This document shows, one piece after another, positions 47,352-61,100 of a DNA stretch of 64,000 nt (the first letter of the stretch is position 1; each line of letters starts with the position of its first letter). The stretch lies in assembly GCF_009914755.1 (NCBI RefSeq), contig NC_060942.1; one strand, 5' to 3'. This DNA is from the human T2T-CHM13v2.0 reference genome, Homo sapiens. Both the position numbers and the translations under genes were made by a program. A model generated the notes under the pieces. It saw only the letters and a program-made list of their open reading frames with translations, searched no databases and was not told where the DNA came from.

Positions 47352-48414
47352 TGTTGTGGGAAGTTAGGGACCCCAAACAGAGGGACCGGCTGAAGCCATG
47401 GCAGAAGAACATGAATTGTAAAGATTTCATAGACATTTGTTAGTTCCCCAAATTAATACTTTTATAATTTCCTATGCCTGTCTTTACTGCAGTCTCTAAG
47501 CTTAAATTGTAAAGATTTCATGGACACTTATCACTTCCCCAGTAAATATCCTTGTGGTTTCCTATGCCTGTCTTTAATCTCTTAATCCCATCAGCTGAGG
47601 AGGATGTATGTCGCCTCAGGACCCTGTGATAATTGCACTAACTGCACAAATTGTAGAGCATGTGTGTTTGAACAATATGAAATCTGGGCACCTTGAAAAA
47701 AGAGCAGGATAACAGCAATTGTTCAGGGAATGAGAGAGATCACCTTAAACTCTGACCGCCGGTGAGCCGGGCGGAAAAGAGCCATATTTATCTTCTTTCA
47801 AAAGCAAATGGGAGAAATATCACTGAATTCTTTTTCTCAGCAAGGAACATCCCTGAGAAAGAGAATACTCGCCTGAGGGTGGGTCTCTGAACTGGCCCCC
47901 TTGAGTGTGGCCGTCTTCTATGGTCGAGACTGTAGGGATGAAATAAACCCCAGTCTCCCATAGCGCTCCCAGGCTTATTAGGAAGAGGAAATTCTTGCCT
48001 AATAAATTTTGGTCAGACCAGTTGCTCTCAAACCCTGTCTCCTGATAAGATGTTATCAATGACAATGGTGCCCAAAACTTCATTAGCAATTTTAATTTTG
48101 CCCCGGTCCTGTGGTCCTGTGATCTCGCCCTGCCTCCGTTTGCCTTGTGATATCCTATCACCTTGTGAAGTACGTGATGTCTGTGACCCACACCTGTTCA
48201 CACACTCCCTCCCCTTTTGAAAACCCCTAATAAAAACTTGCTGGTTTTGCGGCTTGTGGGGCATCACAGAATCTACCGACATGTGATGTCTCCCCTGGAT
48301 GCCCAGCTTTAAAATTTCTCTCTTTTGTACTCTGTCCCTTTATTTCTCAAACCAGCCAATGCTTAGGGAAAATAGAAAAGAACCTATGTGACTGTCGGGG
48401 CAGATTCCCTGATA
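47352..48414 (+). mobile_element. MER11 (HERV-K11/HML-8) solo LTR
   Basis: TGTTGTGGGAAGTTAGGGACCCC...GGGGCAGATTCCCTGATA; perfect 6-bp TSD CTTCTC. Confidence 0.95.
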
Positions 48415-49879
48415 CTTCTCTTTTTAAAAAAACAGAAAAAACGGAGATGGAAAGGGATGAGAATGCAGGTGGGAGGTGAGACAGACAAAGAGATGAGGTG
48501 AGGCCAAAGGACAAGGTGGCCCTTTAGTGCAAGACCCATGGGAGTCCTTATAAACTGAAGGGTAGGAACCAGGGGCTGAGCAGAGGCTGACAACACAGAG
48601 GAAAGGACGTTTCCAGATTCCTTAGTAGCTGAGCGAGGAGAAGACCCTGAGCATGAGTAGAGGAGCATGGCATGAACAGACAGAGGACTCTGAGAGCAGA
48701 GGAAACAGAAGACGACTGTCCTGGGGTCAGATGTGCAGCAGGGGATGTGCAGCAGGGGATGGGCAGGCAGGCAGGGAGTTCAGGCAGGACTCATAAGCTG
48801 TGAGTGCATGGAGAGGCAAGCTGGCTGACCGTATTTACATAAATGCAGTTATTACAAAATCCTTACATAGATTATACTTTTCAAAGAACTATAACATACA
48901 GAACACCAAAACTATACAAAATAAAGCCATCTGTTTTAGACAATTTAGAAAATACTTAAGCATATGGCCATGTTCTTCATTATGAAGAATAGACCTTTAC
49001 TGTGTAAGTCTGAAATTCTGAGCTGCCTTTGAATGGGCTCCATGATATGCTCTGAAAGCTACTTTAAAAACAAACCTCTGATACCCATTGGTTTATTTGT
49101 CTTCTGTCTCTTTCTCAAAAAAGTTGACTATAGAAGACATTTCCAGTAACCATAATTTAAGTGATTTCAAAGCTAGATGAATAGGAGTTTCCTGCACCGT
49201 CTCATAAGCATTACATTTGCCCAGAAAACTGCTTAAACTTGACTTCAGACTGTTACTACACTCTGCTTCTATAATGGATCAGTTCTCTGGTTTATATGAA
49301 ATTCTAAGACGCTTGCATAAGATTTCATCGTACTCATTCTTACATGAACTTCATGATATAATGAAATAAAAATGTAATCAGATAAAAATCTCTAGGCAAA
49401 TTACTTCCTAAGTGACAAATCACTAGAAAGTGAGAATTGTTATAATTCCAAGTCTGTACTCCACCTCCAGGGATGTGCTTTCAGGAACAAAGGTGGATCT
49501 CAGCATTCCAATGAAGCAAGAGTGGCTGTGACTGTGGTCCGGTGCAGCAGAGGAAAGACCTGTGTCTGAGCAAGAGGCCACGTTAGAGAATCTCCCTAAG
49601 GACAGCCTGGCAGTCTTGACCCTTAAATGCCACAACATCTTTGTAAGTTAATATTTGCTTCACTTGTACTTATTTTCTAGGTCTCAAATATGTTTCAGTA
49701 GCTTCAATGACACTCAGCTTTTATCCCTCCTCAGAGTAGCTTGCTATTGCATATACTTTGAGTAAACTGCACCCATGGTGCTCATCTCCCTCTGTCAGTT
49801 TTCTCTCAGAACTGTAAATGAAGTACCCATGCCTGCAATTTCAGCAGGGCAGATGGCAATGATTCAACTCTTGCAGCAA

Positions 49880-50080
49880 ATTAATTTGGCCTTGAATCCC
49901 CACTTGCCTCCCTGCCATGGGTCAGATATCATATTGGGACACGTGCTGTAGTTCTATGAGTCAGTCAAGGCATCTCTAAAATGAAGGTCAACACACTCTT
50001 CCCATAACTGCAATGAGGATATGTAATCAAAGCATCTGAGCAGTCTCTGGCACAAAGTAGGTGGTAGATAAATGGTAGCC
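49880..50080 (+). mobile_element. MIR
   Basis: TTGAATCCC...AAAATGAAGG...TGGCACAAAGTAGG. Confidence 0.55.
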
Positions 50081-51556
50081 ACCAGTAATTGAAGGTTCTC
50101 AGCCAGTGTTTAAATGAATAATGCTGCCAGACAGGCATGGCTCAGAAGACACTTATTGTCCAAAGCCACCACAGCCCAATTCCTGCTCTCCACTCTGTCC
50201 CAACACACACACCCAACCCTTGCAACATACACACTCTGAAGCAAAAGTGTGAGTTAAAATGAACATAAAGATGCTTTAGTGTCGCTTCTCTTTTTAATTT
50301 GGCGCACCGTTATGTTTTGTGGTTTGTTTCAGTTTATCCATGTTGCATTATATACTTTTGCTTTTAGTGTCTGTTTGCCAAAATTCCCCTGAAATTATCC
50401 TAGGGGAAAAGCATAGAATGTGTATTAAGGTCAAATCCATAAGTAACTTACTCATTTAAACTTAAATCCTTCATAAAGGGCTTATAAAAATATTCAGATT
50501 GGTGGTGTTTATGAGACTGTCCCTTAAAAATACACAAGAGAACATAAATGCAATGTCGGGGATTCTGTCATTTGTGCAGAAGTTCAAAGAGGTCCTATGT
50601 TGCGGCCCCACACGTGTGCTAAGGACACAAAATGACTGAGAAAAGTAGCACATGCAAAGTCGACCAACAAGGTATCTTAAGAAACAATTGCATTTTTGCC
50701 CAACAAAAATTTCTCTTTTGAGAGAAATAAGAAGAAAATAGGGTAATTTCATTTTTCTTATTTGCCATGATTTATATAATACTGGCAAGCATTTCAATGG
50801 AGCATTCTCAGTTTCCATAGGCGGAGGATTTTTTCTTTTATATTCCTTGGGGCATCTTATAAGGCGTTACAATTGCTTTGTACAGCTTGTGGCTTTCTTT
50901 ACACTAACTACAAACTCCACCTTGCCAGAAGTGTGTGCCAAATAGTAATGTTCGCTTGTTAAAATTAAATAAAGAAATGCCATAGACACTTTGATAGTTA
51001 AAAATTTTATGAAAAATAAAAACTTATGAAGCACATTTAGTTTAAACTTACAATAGCAGCTTATTTCTTCTTTTTCCTGAACATATGTCAAATACAAAGT
51101 TCAGACAAAAGACCATAATGTTTATTTATTATATGGAGGGCCTGGTGGTTTATAGTTCTTCATTTTTAATACAATTGATAAAAATATATGCCATGATATA
51201 TAATAAAATAGTAAATGTATTGTTAAATGTATGTAGAAAAATCTTACCATGTGTCACACATTTCAAGATTTTGATTTCAAGTACCATATTCCTGAGAACA
51301 TTGCATATTTCTACATGATTAGTTCTGTCATTATTTAAATTAGCTTTGCTCTTAAATGTCAGGTATTACCTTTGGGTTAAAATGTTGGAAATAAAACAGA
51401 CCCGCTAATTTAATAACATCCATGAGACAGGTAAAAGCAAGACACTCACTCAATTTATTCCATAAATGTTGATTGATCCCTCAAATATAATGGACAGTAG
51501 GATACGGCAGTAAACACGGATCTTGTGGCATACTGAGGGACAGGTGATAAAAATAA

Positions 51557-51930
<374 letters not shown>

Positions 51931-52287
51931 AAAAGTTTTTTAATGTAAGCAGTGTTTTTTGTTTTTTGTTTCCAAAAGTGACGGATGAACTGTAATCTGA
52001 GGTTTGATTTTATGGTTGTTCTTTCACTCATTCTAAGTTAGCTACACTCCCTCCAACTGGCTGCTGTTAGAGAAATATTAATTCTTCATTTAAGATCTTA
52101 GGCAGAAGCTCCCCAGGCTTCCTTCTCTGGTTCAGTTTGCATTCCAGGGGAGAGCACTGGATGGTGAGAAAGCTACAGAAAACTAGTGCCTACACGAGTA
52201 GACTTGAGTCAGGGTGCAGGAGGTCACAGATCTTCAGGGCTTGGCCCTCAGGGGCATTCCTGGCTGACCACTGCCGGGGGAGACCGG

Positions 52288-52430
52288 GTGTGCTGGAGGC
52301 GGTGGCAGCTGCTCGGGATCTCTACCCAACTCCACATTCAGCGGCGTCACGTTCACAGCTTGGCATCGCCCATGGTAGGAGTATTTAAGCCATGAATATC
52401 AGTAAATACTACAATCCAGATCTTTTCTCC
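52288..52430 (+). mobile_element. MER63A-like MITE
   Basis: CCCAACTCCACATTCAGCGGCGTCACGTT...CCATGGTAGGAGTATTTA. Confidence 0.75.
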
Positions 52431-52699
52431 ATTATCTGGTTATTACAAATTTGCAGTGCACTAGTGGGTGGAACATATTTTTGGTGACTATCTTAGCAGC
52501 TGGACGGGCTCAGTTCAATCAGGCAGATGAAACAGGCTTAAAATAGGAGCCTATGAAAATCTGGGCCCAATAAATCAACTACAGAAAAAAGCAGTTCACA
52601 GTGACTCCACCTAGGTAGCCCCCTCAACAATCAGACTTCCATTTTATGCTAATTGAGCATTTTTTCCTTTTAGTACTCAGCTTTTAGGAAAAGGAATAA

Positions 52700-55500
52700 T
52701 TGAAAACGAAAAAAACTGAAAGCAAGAGCTGATGAAAAATATCATGTCCGGGCCATTTTCTGCACACTTGGCAAAATACCCCGTCCTCTTGGTAGGATCA
52801 GCCTGCCAAGGGTGGCAGCCACCACGACTCTGAGATGTTCTTGCTGGAGCAAGATTAAAGGCGTAATAGAAAGATTCTCAACAGCAAGGACTTAAAATGC
52901 TGTCACTGAGTAGGAAACACAATTAAACTGAACACCCTTTTGAATTAGTCCATTTCCTGAGGTTTTATCATATATGTCCAAGTAACTATGCAGTCTAACG
53001 GTGAAACAGACACTTCCTGCCGCACAAGCTCTTCCTATCTCCTTTTGTGAAAGAAAGAATACAAATGTCTTACTCATTACTTTGTTTCACTTAGTGGCCA
53101 CAAGGACCAAGGAGGAGCCTTGCGTTTCTGACCTGGGTCACACGCGGGAGGAGGGGGCGAGCTGCACACTTCCTGGATTTCTTTGCTTCGCATCCTCTGT
53201 TCTCTCCGGAGACTGGCAGCCACTTTTCCATGTTATCTGATTCGTCTTTCAGATCTCTCAGAGGTCAGGGTTTTGCTTTTCTTTTTCCTATTTTATTTTA
53301 TTATTATTATTTTTTAAAGGTGACCCCTTTGGAAGCTCAAGTTCTTGGCTCAGCAAAGCCTCCGAGGAGGACTCTGATTTACGCACAGAAATTTGAAATG
53401 GGTTAGATGGGATACTTAGCAGGATGCAGTTTCCAGGTCTGTTTAAAGGAGACAGGTTGCAGCGCAGGCCGTGGGTGGGGGACGCCTTGGCTCCCCCAGG
53501 CCATCGGAGAGGAGCTGATGTAACAGTTCTGTGACAGCCAAGCCTTTTCTTCAGATTCATGCTTTTTACTGATAAATATTGTGAACATTACATTTACACA
53601 AAAGAATGTCTGACTAATCTCTTGGCACAGCGCAGAATCCCTTAGTTTTAAATTTGAACCAGTTGAAAAGCAATCAATACACATTTAAAGAATGCAGCAA
53701 ATATCAGACTTTTAAAAAGTCTATATATATATAGTGTTTTCAAATTTGAGGTATTTAATCGTACCTAAAATGAAAGGTAAAGCGTTCTTAGACAAACTAC
53801 AGAATTTTCCTCTCTCTGTGGTTTTTCAGTAGTCCAGCTCAAAGCAAGCCAGACTAGTGCTGTCTACAACTCGTAAGCTTTTCTGGGGTTGATAACTATA
53901 GCAGGCTCGCTTTATTTTATTTTATACTCTATTTGCTTTAGGTCAAATTGGAGATATAAAAACTGCATTTTTAGGGGAATAAAATGTGTAGAAAGAGGGC
54001 AGGAGACCAAACCCAAAGAACTTAGACGTGGATTAATGTATTTAGACTAAGGAAGATTCAAAATTTCACAAGCATACCCTTCCTTAATAACAATACCATA
54101 CACTGGTGTGGTGACGCCCCACTCATAGGGCAGCCTTGCAGCTGTGATCTCACAAGAAAGCAATACGTGAAGGCTCATACACGCCATTAGGAAAGAAAGA
54201 ATGAAGTCTGGCTTTGAATAAGTATCAGTTTCCATATTACAGTAAGGGAAAGCGGGGGAGCTATGAGGGAAAACCTGAAGGCTTCAAATCAAAGGAAGCT
54301 CCATGGACTCTGATTCCAGAGTACACTGTCATCTAAGAAAACGTTTCATCAAGCCTGTCAAACAGACAGAAGTCTTACCAAAGTCAAAACAGAGGCATGG
54401 CCGCTCCAAGCAAAGAGGGGCTGTTGGATACTCACTGCTCTCATTTGCCAGCTTAGGACTCTCACTGACAGGCACGCTTGATTTGTTTTATTTTTGTGCT
54501 GTGATTTCCCTGTTCCACCAAGCACTCTGCACTTCCCTTTTGAGGGGAGGGAGCCAGAGTTTCATCCTTTTTTAAAGTCCAGTTCTTAAACAGTGCCTGG
54601 CACATAAATATTATAAATAAAATAAACACAAAAGTTTTGTTGTAAATGAATAAATGTTATAAATGTGGAACAAATGATTTAGCCATTCAGATCCCAGGCC
54701 TTCATGCCATCACATCCTGTTCCACAAGTACGCATTAAATTCAGATTTTTCTGGATCTAACATTATAATAGCCAAAAGTTCCCCCTATTTATTAGTGACC
54801 TAGAGAGATTTGTGGCCATCTTCCTTGGAGCATCCATTTCTCCCCTATTTTACCGGCCAAGACATCTCTTCCCAGGCAGTAATTCAAAGAAGAGGAACAT
54901 TTGGAACTAGCCTATAAAGCATTTGGGATGAAAGGTGCAGAGTAATGCACGTCTACTCACGGTGTCCAAAGTCAAACATTCCCCTGTCCTACTTGTGCAA
55001 AACTTTTACAACACTTCACCTTCATCCCTGTTTAATGGTTTAATTCAAATGCATTAACAGGAGAGAGAAAAAAAGATTTTTTGGTTTGTCTCACTGCTGA
55101 CTCAAAATGATTTACGGTACTTTGCTGAGGTTTTGGCTGACTGTGGTCTCCCAGCTGCTGTTGTAAAGGTATCCATGCATCAGTCTTTATGTAAACACTC
55201 ACAGCATTAACCACAGCTGCAATATGAATTAGAGCCATAGAAAACACTCTTGTTTATGTGATGAGCTGGAGCACCTCAACTCACTGCCCTTCTGAAATGG
55301 AGAACTCAAGAAAAGAAATTAAAAGTGTGAGCGAGCTGCAAACGTGCACGCATCATATGAAGGTGTTATGCTGCTGCATGCATGGGTACCCCACATATGC
55401 TGTTGTGACTGAGGCAATTCATAATGCTATGAATTCCAGACCAGCGCAAAGAAACTCCGAATTATTTTGATCAGATTCAGACATGTTTTCCCATATCTTT
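52700..55500. promoter_or_regulatory. putative enhancer/promoter block
   Basis: Repeat-poor with many retained CpGs; ETS (ACTTCCTG x2), GC-rich box at 53143-53161, TGATTTACG x2, TGCTGACTCA, RUNX and E-box motifs. Confidence 0.5.
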
Positions 55501-55877
55501 AAGTAAGATTGGAATGTTTGAACAAAATGCTTTTGCCAGTTGCTTGCTGTAAACAAAAATTTTGCATTTCAAAAGTTGCATGTTGAGACCATTTCAAAAA
55601 AGGAGTAGAAAATCACATCCACAGCCTTTGAGGGGCTGAGAAGTTATTGGCAAGACTGTGAGAGGAAAATGCCTCTACCAACCTCTCGGGTCTCAGGACA
55701 GATCCCGCTATCCTCTCCCATAACTTAGTCTTTTACAGTGTTTAATGGAGTTTGATACAATAGAGCAGATGGACGGAATGTTAGAATGTGTATGCTTGAC
55801 CTGAGGGAGATCTTGGGTTTATAAAAGTAGGAGTGGTGGGAGATATGTTATTATTTCCTGATCCTCCTTTATGGTGC

Positions 55878-56724
55878 TGTAAACAAAAATAAAATTCTAA
55901 GGCCCCCAAGAGACTGAATGGACTGCCCCTCAGCCCAGGAGGCCCAAAGAAGCCTAAAAAACCAGTTCAGACAATGACAGGAAGGTGGGGTCCAACATGC
56001 CTCATTATACCCTCTTTCCTTTGGAGTTGAGGCACCACGGACCAGCATTAACATTAAAACAGAGATCCTAAGACTGACAGAACAAACTTTTTGTGGCAAT
56101 AAGATACCAAATTCCAGCCTGACTGGTATAGCATCACATGACAGCAGGCCTTGAGGTACATCTAAGTATTTTACCTTGAAATATATTTCTTTCACATATC
56201 TTGAAATGGCCCTGCAAAGCTGTCTCTTGTGGGGGAAATTTACATTCTTTAGAAAATCTCCTTTCCTTACTAGGTCGCTTTGGAGAGTCTGACACCCTTT
56301 AAGATCCCATAAAAGACATTAGCATCTATTGTCTCTGAAGCAAGCTACCTGGAGACTTCATCTGGATGACAAGAACTTGGCTTCCACAACTCCCACCCTC
56401 TTACCTTAACTAAAGCTGATTTCAACTCTTCAGGCAGAGCTTAACCCTTTCAACCAATTGCCAATCAGGAAATCTTTAAATCCACCTATGACTTAGACGT
56501 TCCCCCTTTCTGGGCTGTCCAATGTACTCCTTATATGTATTAATTTATGTCTTTGCCTGTAACTTCTGTCCCCTAAAATGTATAAAATCAAGCTGTAACC
56601 TAACCAGTTTGGGCACATGTTCTCAGGACCTCCTGAGGCTGTGTCATAGGTCATGATCCTTAGCCTTGGCAAAAACAAACCTCTAAATTGATTGAGACCT
56701 ATTTCAGATACTTTTTGGTTTACA
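55878..56724 (+). mobile_element. MER4D-type ERV1 solo LTR
   Basis: TGTAAACAAAAATAAAATTCTAAG...GATACTTTTTGGTTTACA. Confidence 0.88.
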
Positions 56725-57251
56725 ACACCATGGATAAAACCTACATGATCTGGTCACATTTACTTAATGAGTTTCTCTCTATCCTTTGAAGAGAGTAAAA
56801 TAACTAAAACATCTTGTCAAAAACAAAGACATAGGCAGTTATTAAAGATAAATTTTTTTGAAATTCTGTCTTAAAGTCAAATGTGTCTTAAATTTAGAGA
56901 AAGAGGTCTTTGATGTCTCTGTAGGTAACCGATGTCTCTATAGGTAACCTCCTATTGTTTGTCTAAAAGCACCATGGTATGACATACAGAGGCTGTCCTT
57001 GGTTTTTCTAAGCCTTTTTACTTTAAAATAAATAAAGAATAGCTTATTTTAAATGGTAGAATTTTATATTTGCTATTCTAGACTGCAATTATAAAATTAA
57101 GAACTCTGACATGTAACTGTATTAGGTGCAAGTCACTCATGATTTGGTAGGGTCTGAGGTGTAGATCTCAACTGAATAATTCTTCCTACTCTCTCTCTTC
57201 TCTATTTATCTGTCATCCAGCTATCTAAATATATATCTACTTATAATTTTA

Positions 57252-57561
<310 letters not shown>

Positions 57562-57756
57562 TATCTACTTATAATTTTAATAGACTCTAGAACTTAATAC
57601 TTTCAAAGGATTTTTCCTTATTACACAAGTAATGTATATTCACTTAATCATGAGTAATCCCACCATACAGAAATTAACCACTGTTAACAAGTTGTTACAT
57701 ATCCTTCAGGACTTCTTTCTGTTCTCTCTCCCTCTCATTCTCTCACTCTTTCTCTG

Positions 57757-57760
57757 TGTG

Positions 57761-57805
<45 letters not shown>
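57757..57805. repeat. (GT)n(GA)n
   Basis: Direct reading. Confidence 0.95.
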
Positions 57806-57808
<3 letters not shown>

Positions 57809-58145
57809 AAGCTCACAGACTGCAATGTAACAGACTTAATTTCTTGTAATAAAATTATTTCAGGGCAACCCATATTCCTAAAAAATACATGTGTAATGGC
57901 CACCAACCATTTCAATGCATGAATGTACCTTAATTTATTTAGCTAGTTCCTCTGGGTTGGGCACAGTATGTTTCTGTCTTTTTTGGTTGTTTCAATAATG
58001 AATGACGCTGTGAATACAGCTGTCCCTTTACACATCCTTAGATACGGATATATCTTTAGATCAAGACATAGTGAAAGAATGGCCTTGCTTATGACTTTTC
58101 AAACTTATAACTAAAAATGTCTTCTGAAAATTGTATTAGGTTCTA

Positions 58146-58478
<333 letters not shown>

Positions 58479-58704
58479 CCCACATCATCACATAGCCATG
58501 AATTCTCCACCTGCTTGGAAAATATGTATCGAGTAGCTCCCATAATCTAAGCAGCATATCAGTCACTGTGTTTCCGGGGATGAGCAAACCACCCATGGTC
58601 CTAGCCTTCTGCAGTTACATCCAGAGCAGAAGAGACACAATAATGACAGGCAGTGACATGATTGAAAATTACAGTAAGTTTTAGGAAGGAAAAGAAAAGG
58701 AAAA

Positions 58705-59009
<305 letters not shown>

Positions 59010-59762
59010 ATGAAAAGGAAAGGAGAGAACACTCTAAGTTGCAAAGGGACTTAGGGAAGGGGCATTTAGGCACAACAGAGTGGAGGAAAGACATTCTAGG
59101 CTGAGCAAACAGGAGGGTGAGGACCCTGGAGGCAAAGAACCCTATTAGCCCATATAAGAACTCCTTGGAAGAAAGGGAAGAATGGCCAAAAAACTGTAAC
59201 CAGGGACAAGGCTACAAGGTTGGAGATTACAGTGGGCAATTAACTTTTCACATATTTACCAATTTAATCGGTTAAAAAAAAAAGATACCTAGCTTTTTCC
59301 TTAACTTACATTGTTTTATCCTAATGACAATTGAACTGAACGTTTACATTACATTGGCCACTTAAAATTCCTTTTAATTTCCTATTTTTGTCTTTCTCCA
59401 TTTCTTCATTGGAGTAATTTTCTTCTTCATTTCTAAGATTACATATTAGAAATATTAATATTTTTTCATTTATTTTGCAATATGTTTCTTAACCTGTTAC
59501 TTGTTATTTGCCTTTTAACAGAGAGTTAATTATGTGTCCCTTAAGTAGTTACTGTGGTGCATGCTACACAGAGTCCCGCTACCGTGGGAATACACTATGT
59601 CCGATATCCCATTTTCCATTGATTTGGGATGATGGAATTGTACCTCCTCTATATCCATCCAGACACTTGCTGGAGGAATTTAAGAACCCTGCACACTATC
59701 ACTGTGTGCCAGGCAGACGTGTCATGGAAAGAATCCTTTCATGGGTTGGAATGAAGGGGCGG

Positions 59763-60118
59763 TGACATGATTTGGCTATGTCCCCACCCAAATCTCACCT
59801 TGAATTGTAATAATCCCCACATGTCAAGGTCAGGGCCAGGTGGAGATAATTGAGTCATGCAGGTGGATTCTCCCAAACTGTTCTCATGGTAGTGAATAAG
59901 TCTCAAGAGATCTGATGGTTTTACAAAGGGGAGTTCCCCTGCACAAGCTCCCTCTTGCCTGCTGCCATGTAAGACGTGTCTTGCTTCCCCTTTGCTTTTT
60001 GCCATGATTGTGAGGCATCCCCAGCCATGTGAAACTGTGAGTTAATTAACCTCTGTCTGTTATAAATTACCAAGTCCAGGGTAAGTCTTTATTTGCAGCA
60101 TGAGAACAGACTAATACA
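59763..60118 (+). mobile_element. THE1C-type MaLR solo LTR
   Basis: TGACATGATTTGGCT...CAGACTAATACA; TSD GGCGG/GGTGG. Confidence 0.92.
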
Positions 60119-60691
60119 GGTGGTAACTCAGGTGAACAGATGGCATGATGCCGCTATTTTTCAATACTGGAAACAATTTCAGTCTATCAAAATATTTCTG
60201 ACTTTGTTAGCTTTCATGTGCCACCAATGAGATTCCATTAAAGTGCTTTCATACAAAAAAGGGAGTGTTAATTGAAAACTTGTCATGTTCTAAAAACTAT
60301 GGAGGTAGTGACTACTGTAATTTTCCCAGTACATGGGTGACGAAGGGCAGGCATTGTGAGGCTTCCACATCCAGGAGTGAGGTTAAGTCCCTCCCTGCAA
60401 GTCATCACCAGGCGCAGAAGCAGGTCCATGACTGTGTTCAGGCCCTGCAGCTTCAGGTGCACATTCATACTCCTGCGGCTCTCATGGCGAGCAAAATTCA
60501 GTGGAAAAGTATGAAAGGGGCTTTTACAATACCACTCCCCCGCAAGTCAGGTAGAAAACCCATTTTCATTCCTATTTTTAAATTTCAGAGAGCATTTGTT
60601 GATATGCTAAGGAATTTCGACTGATCTCAGTCAGTAACTTGAGTTGTGTGAAAAGAATTAGAAAAGAGGAGGGTTAGGAATTGTCAGTATT

Positions 60692-60697
60692 GTGTGT

Positions 60698-60747
<50 letters not shown>
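60692..60747. repeat. (TG)n
   Basis: Direct reading. Confidence 0.95.
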
Positions 60748-60748
<1 letters not shown>

Positions 60749-60879
60749 GGGCTCCTTGGGCAGAGCCAAGAGCACCTAACCTAAGCCTAAACACCTGGAA
60801 TAATGGGCTTAACTTAATGCCTTGTTCTTCACTCCTCTTGAGACCTGACCCAGCAGGATAATTTCACCTTTGTTAAATT

Positions 60880-61100
60880 GTAACTTACCATGCGGCAGAT
60901 ACTATTCTAAGGGTTTACAAATAGTAACTCATTTTATTTAATCCTCATGTCTACTACATAAGACAAGGACTATTACTATATCCACCTTACAGACGTGGCA
61001 ACCGAGGCCACAGAGAGGTTAACTGACTCGCCCAGGATCACACAATCATGAAGCAGAAAAGCCAGGATTCTCACACAGGCCACCTGGCTGTGATGTCTGT
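60880..61100 (-). mobile_element. MIR
   Basis: TTTAATCCTCA...GAGGTTAACTGACTCGCCCAGGATCACAC. Confidence 0.8.
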
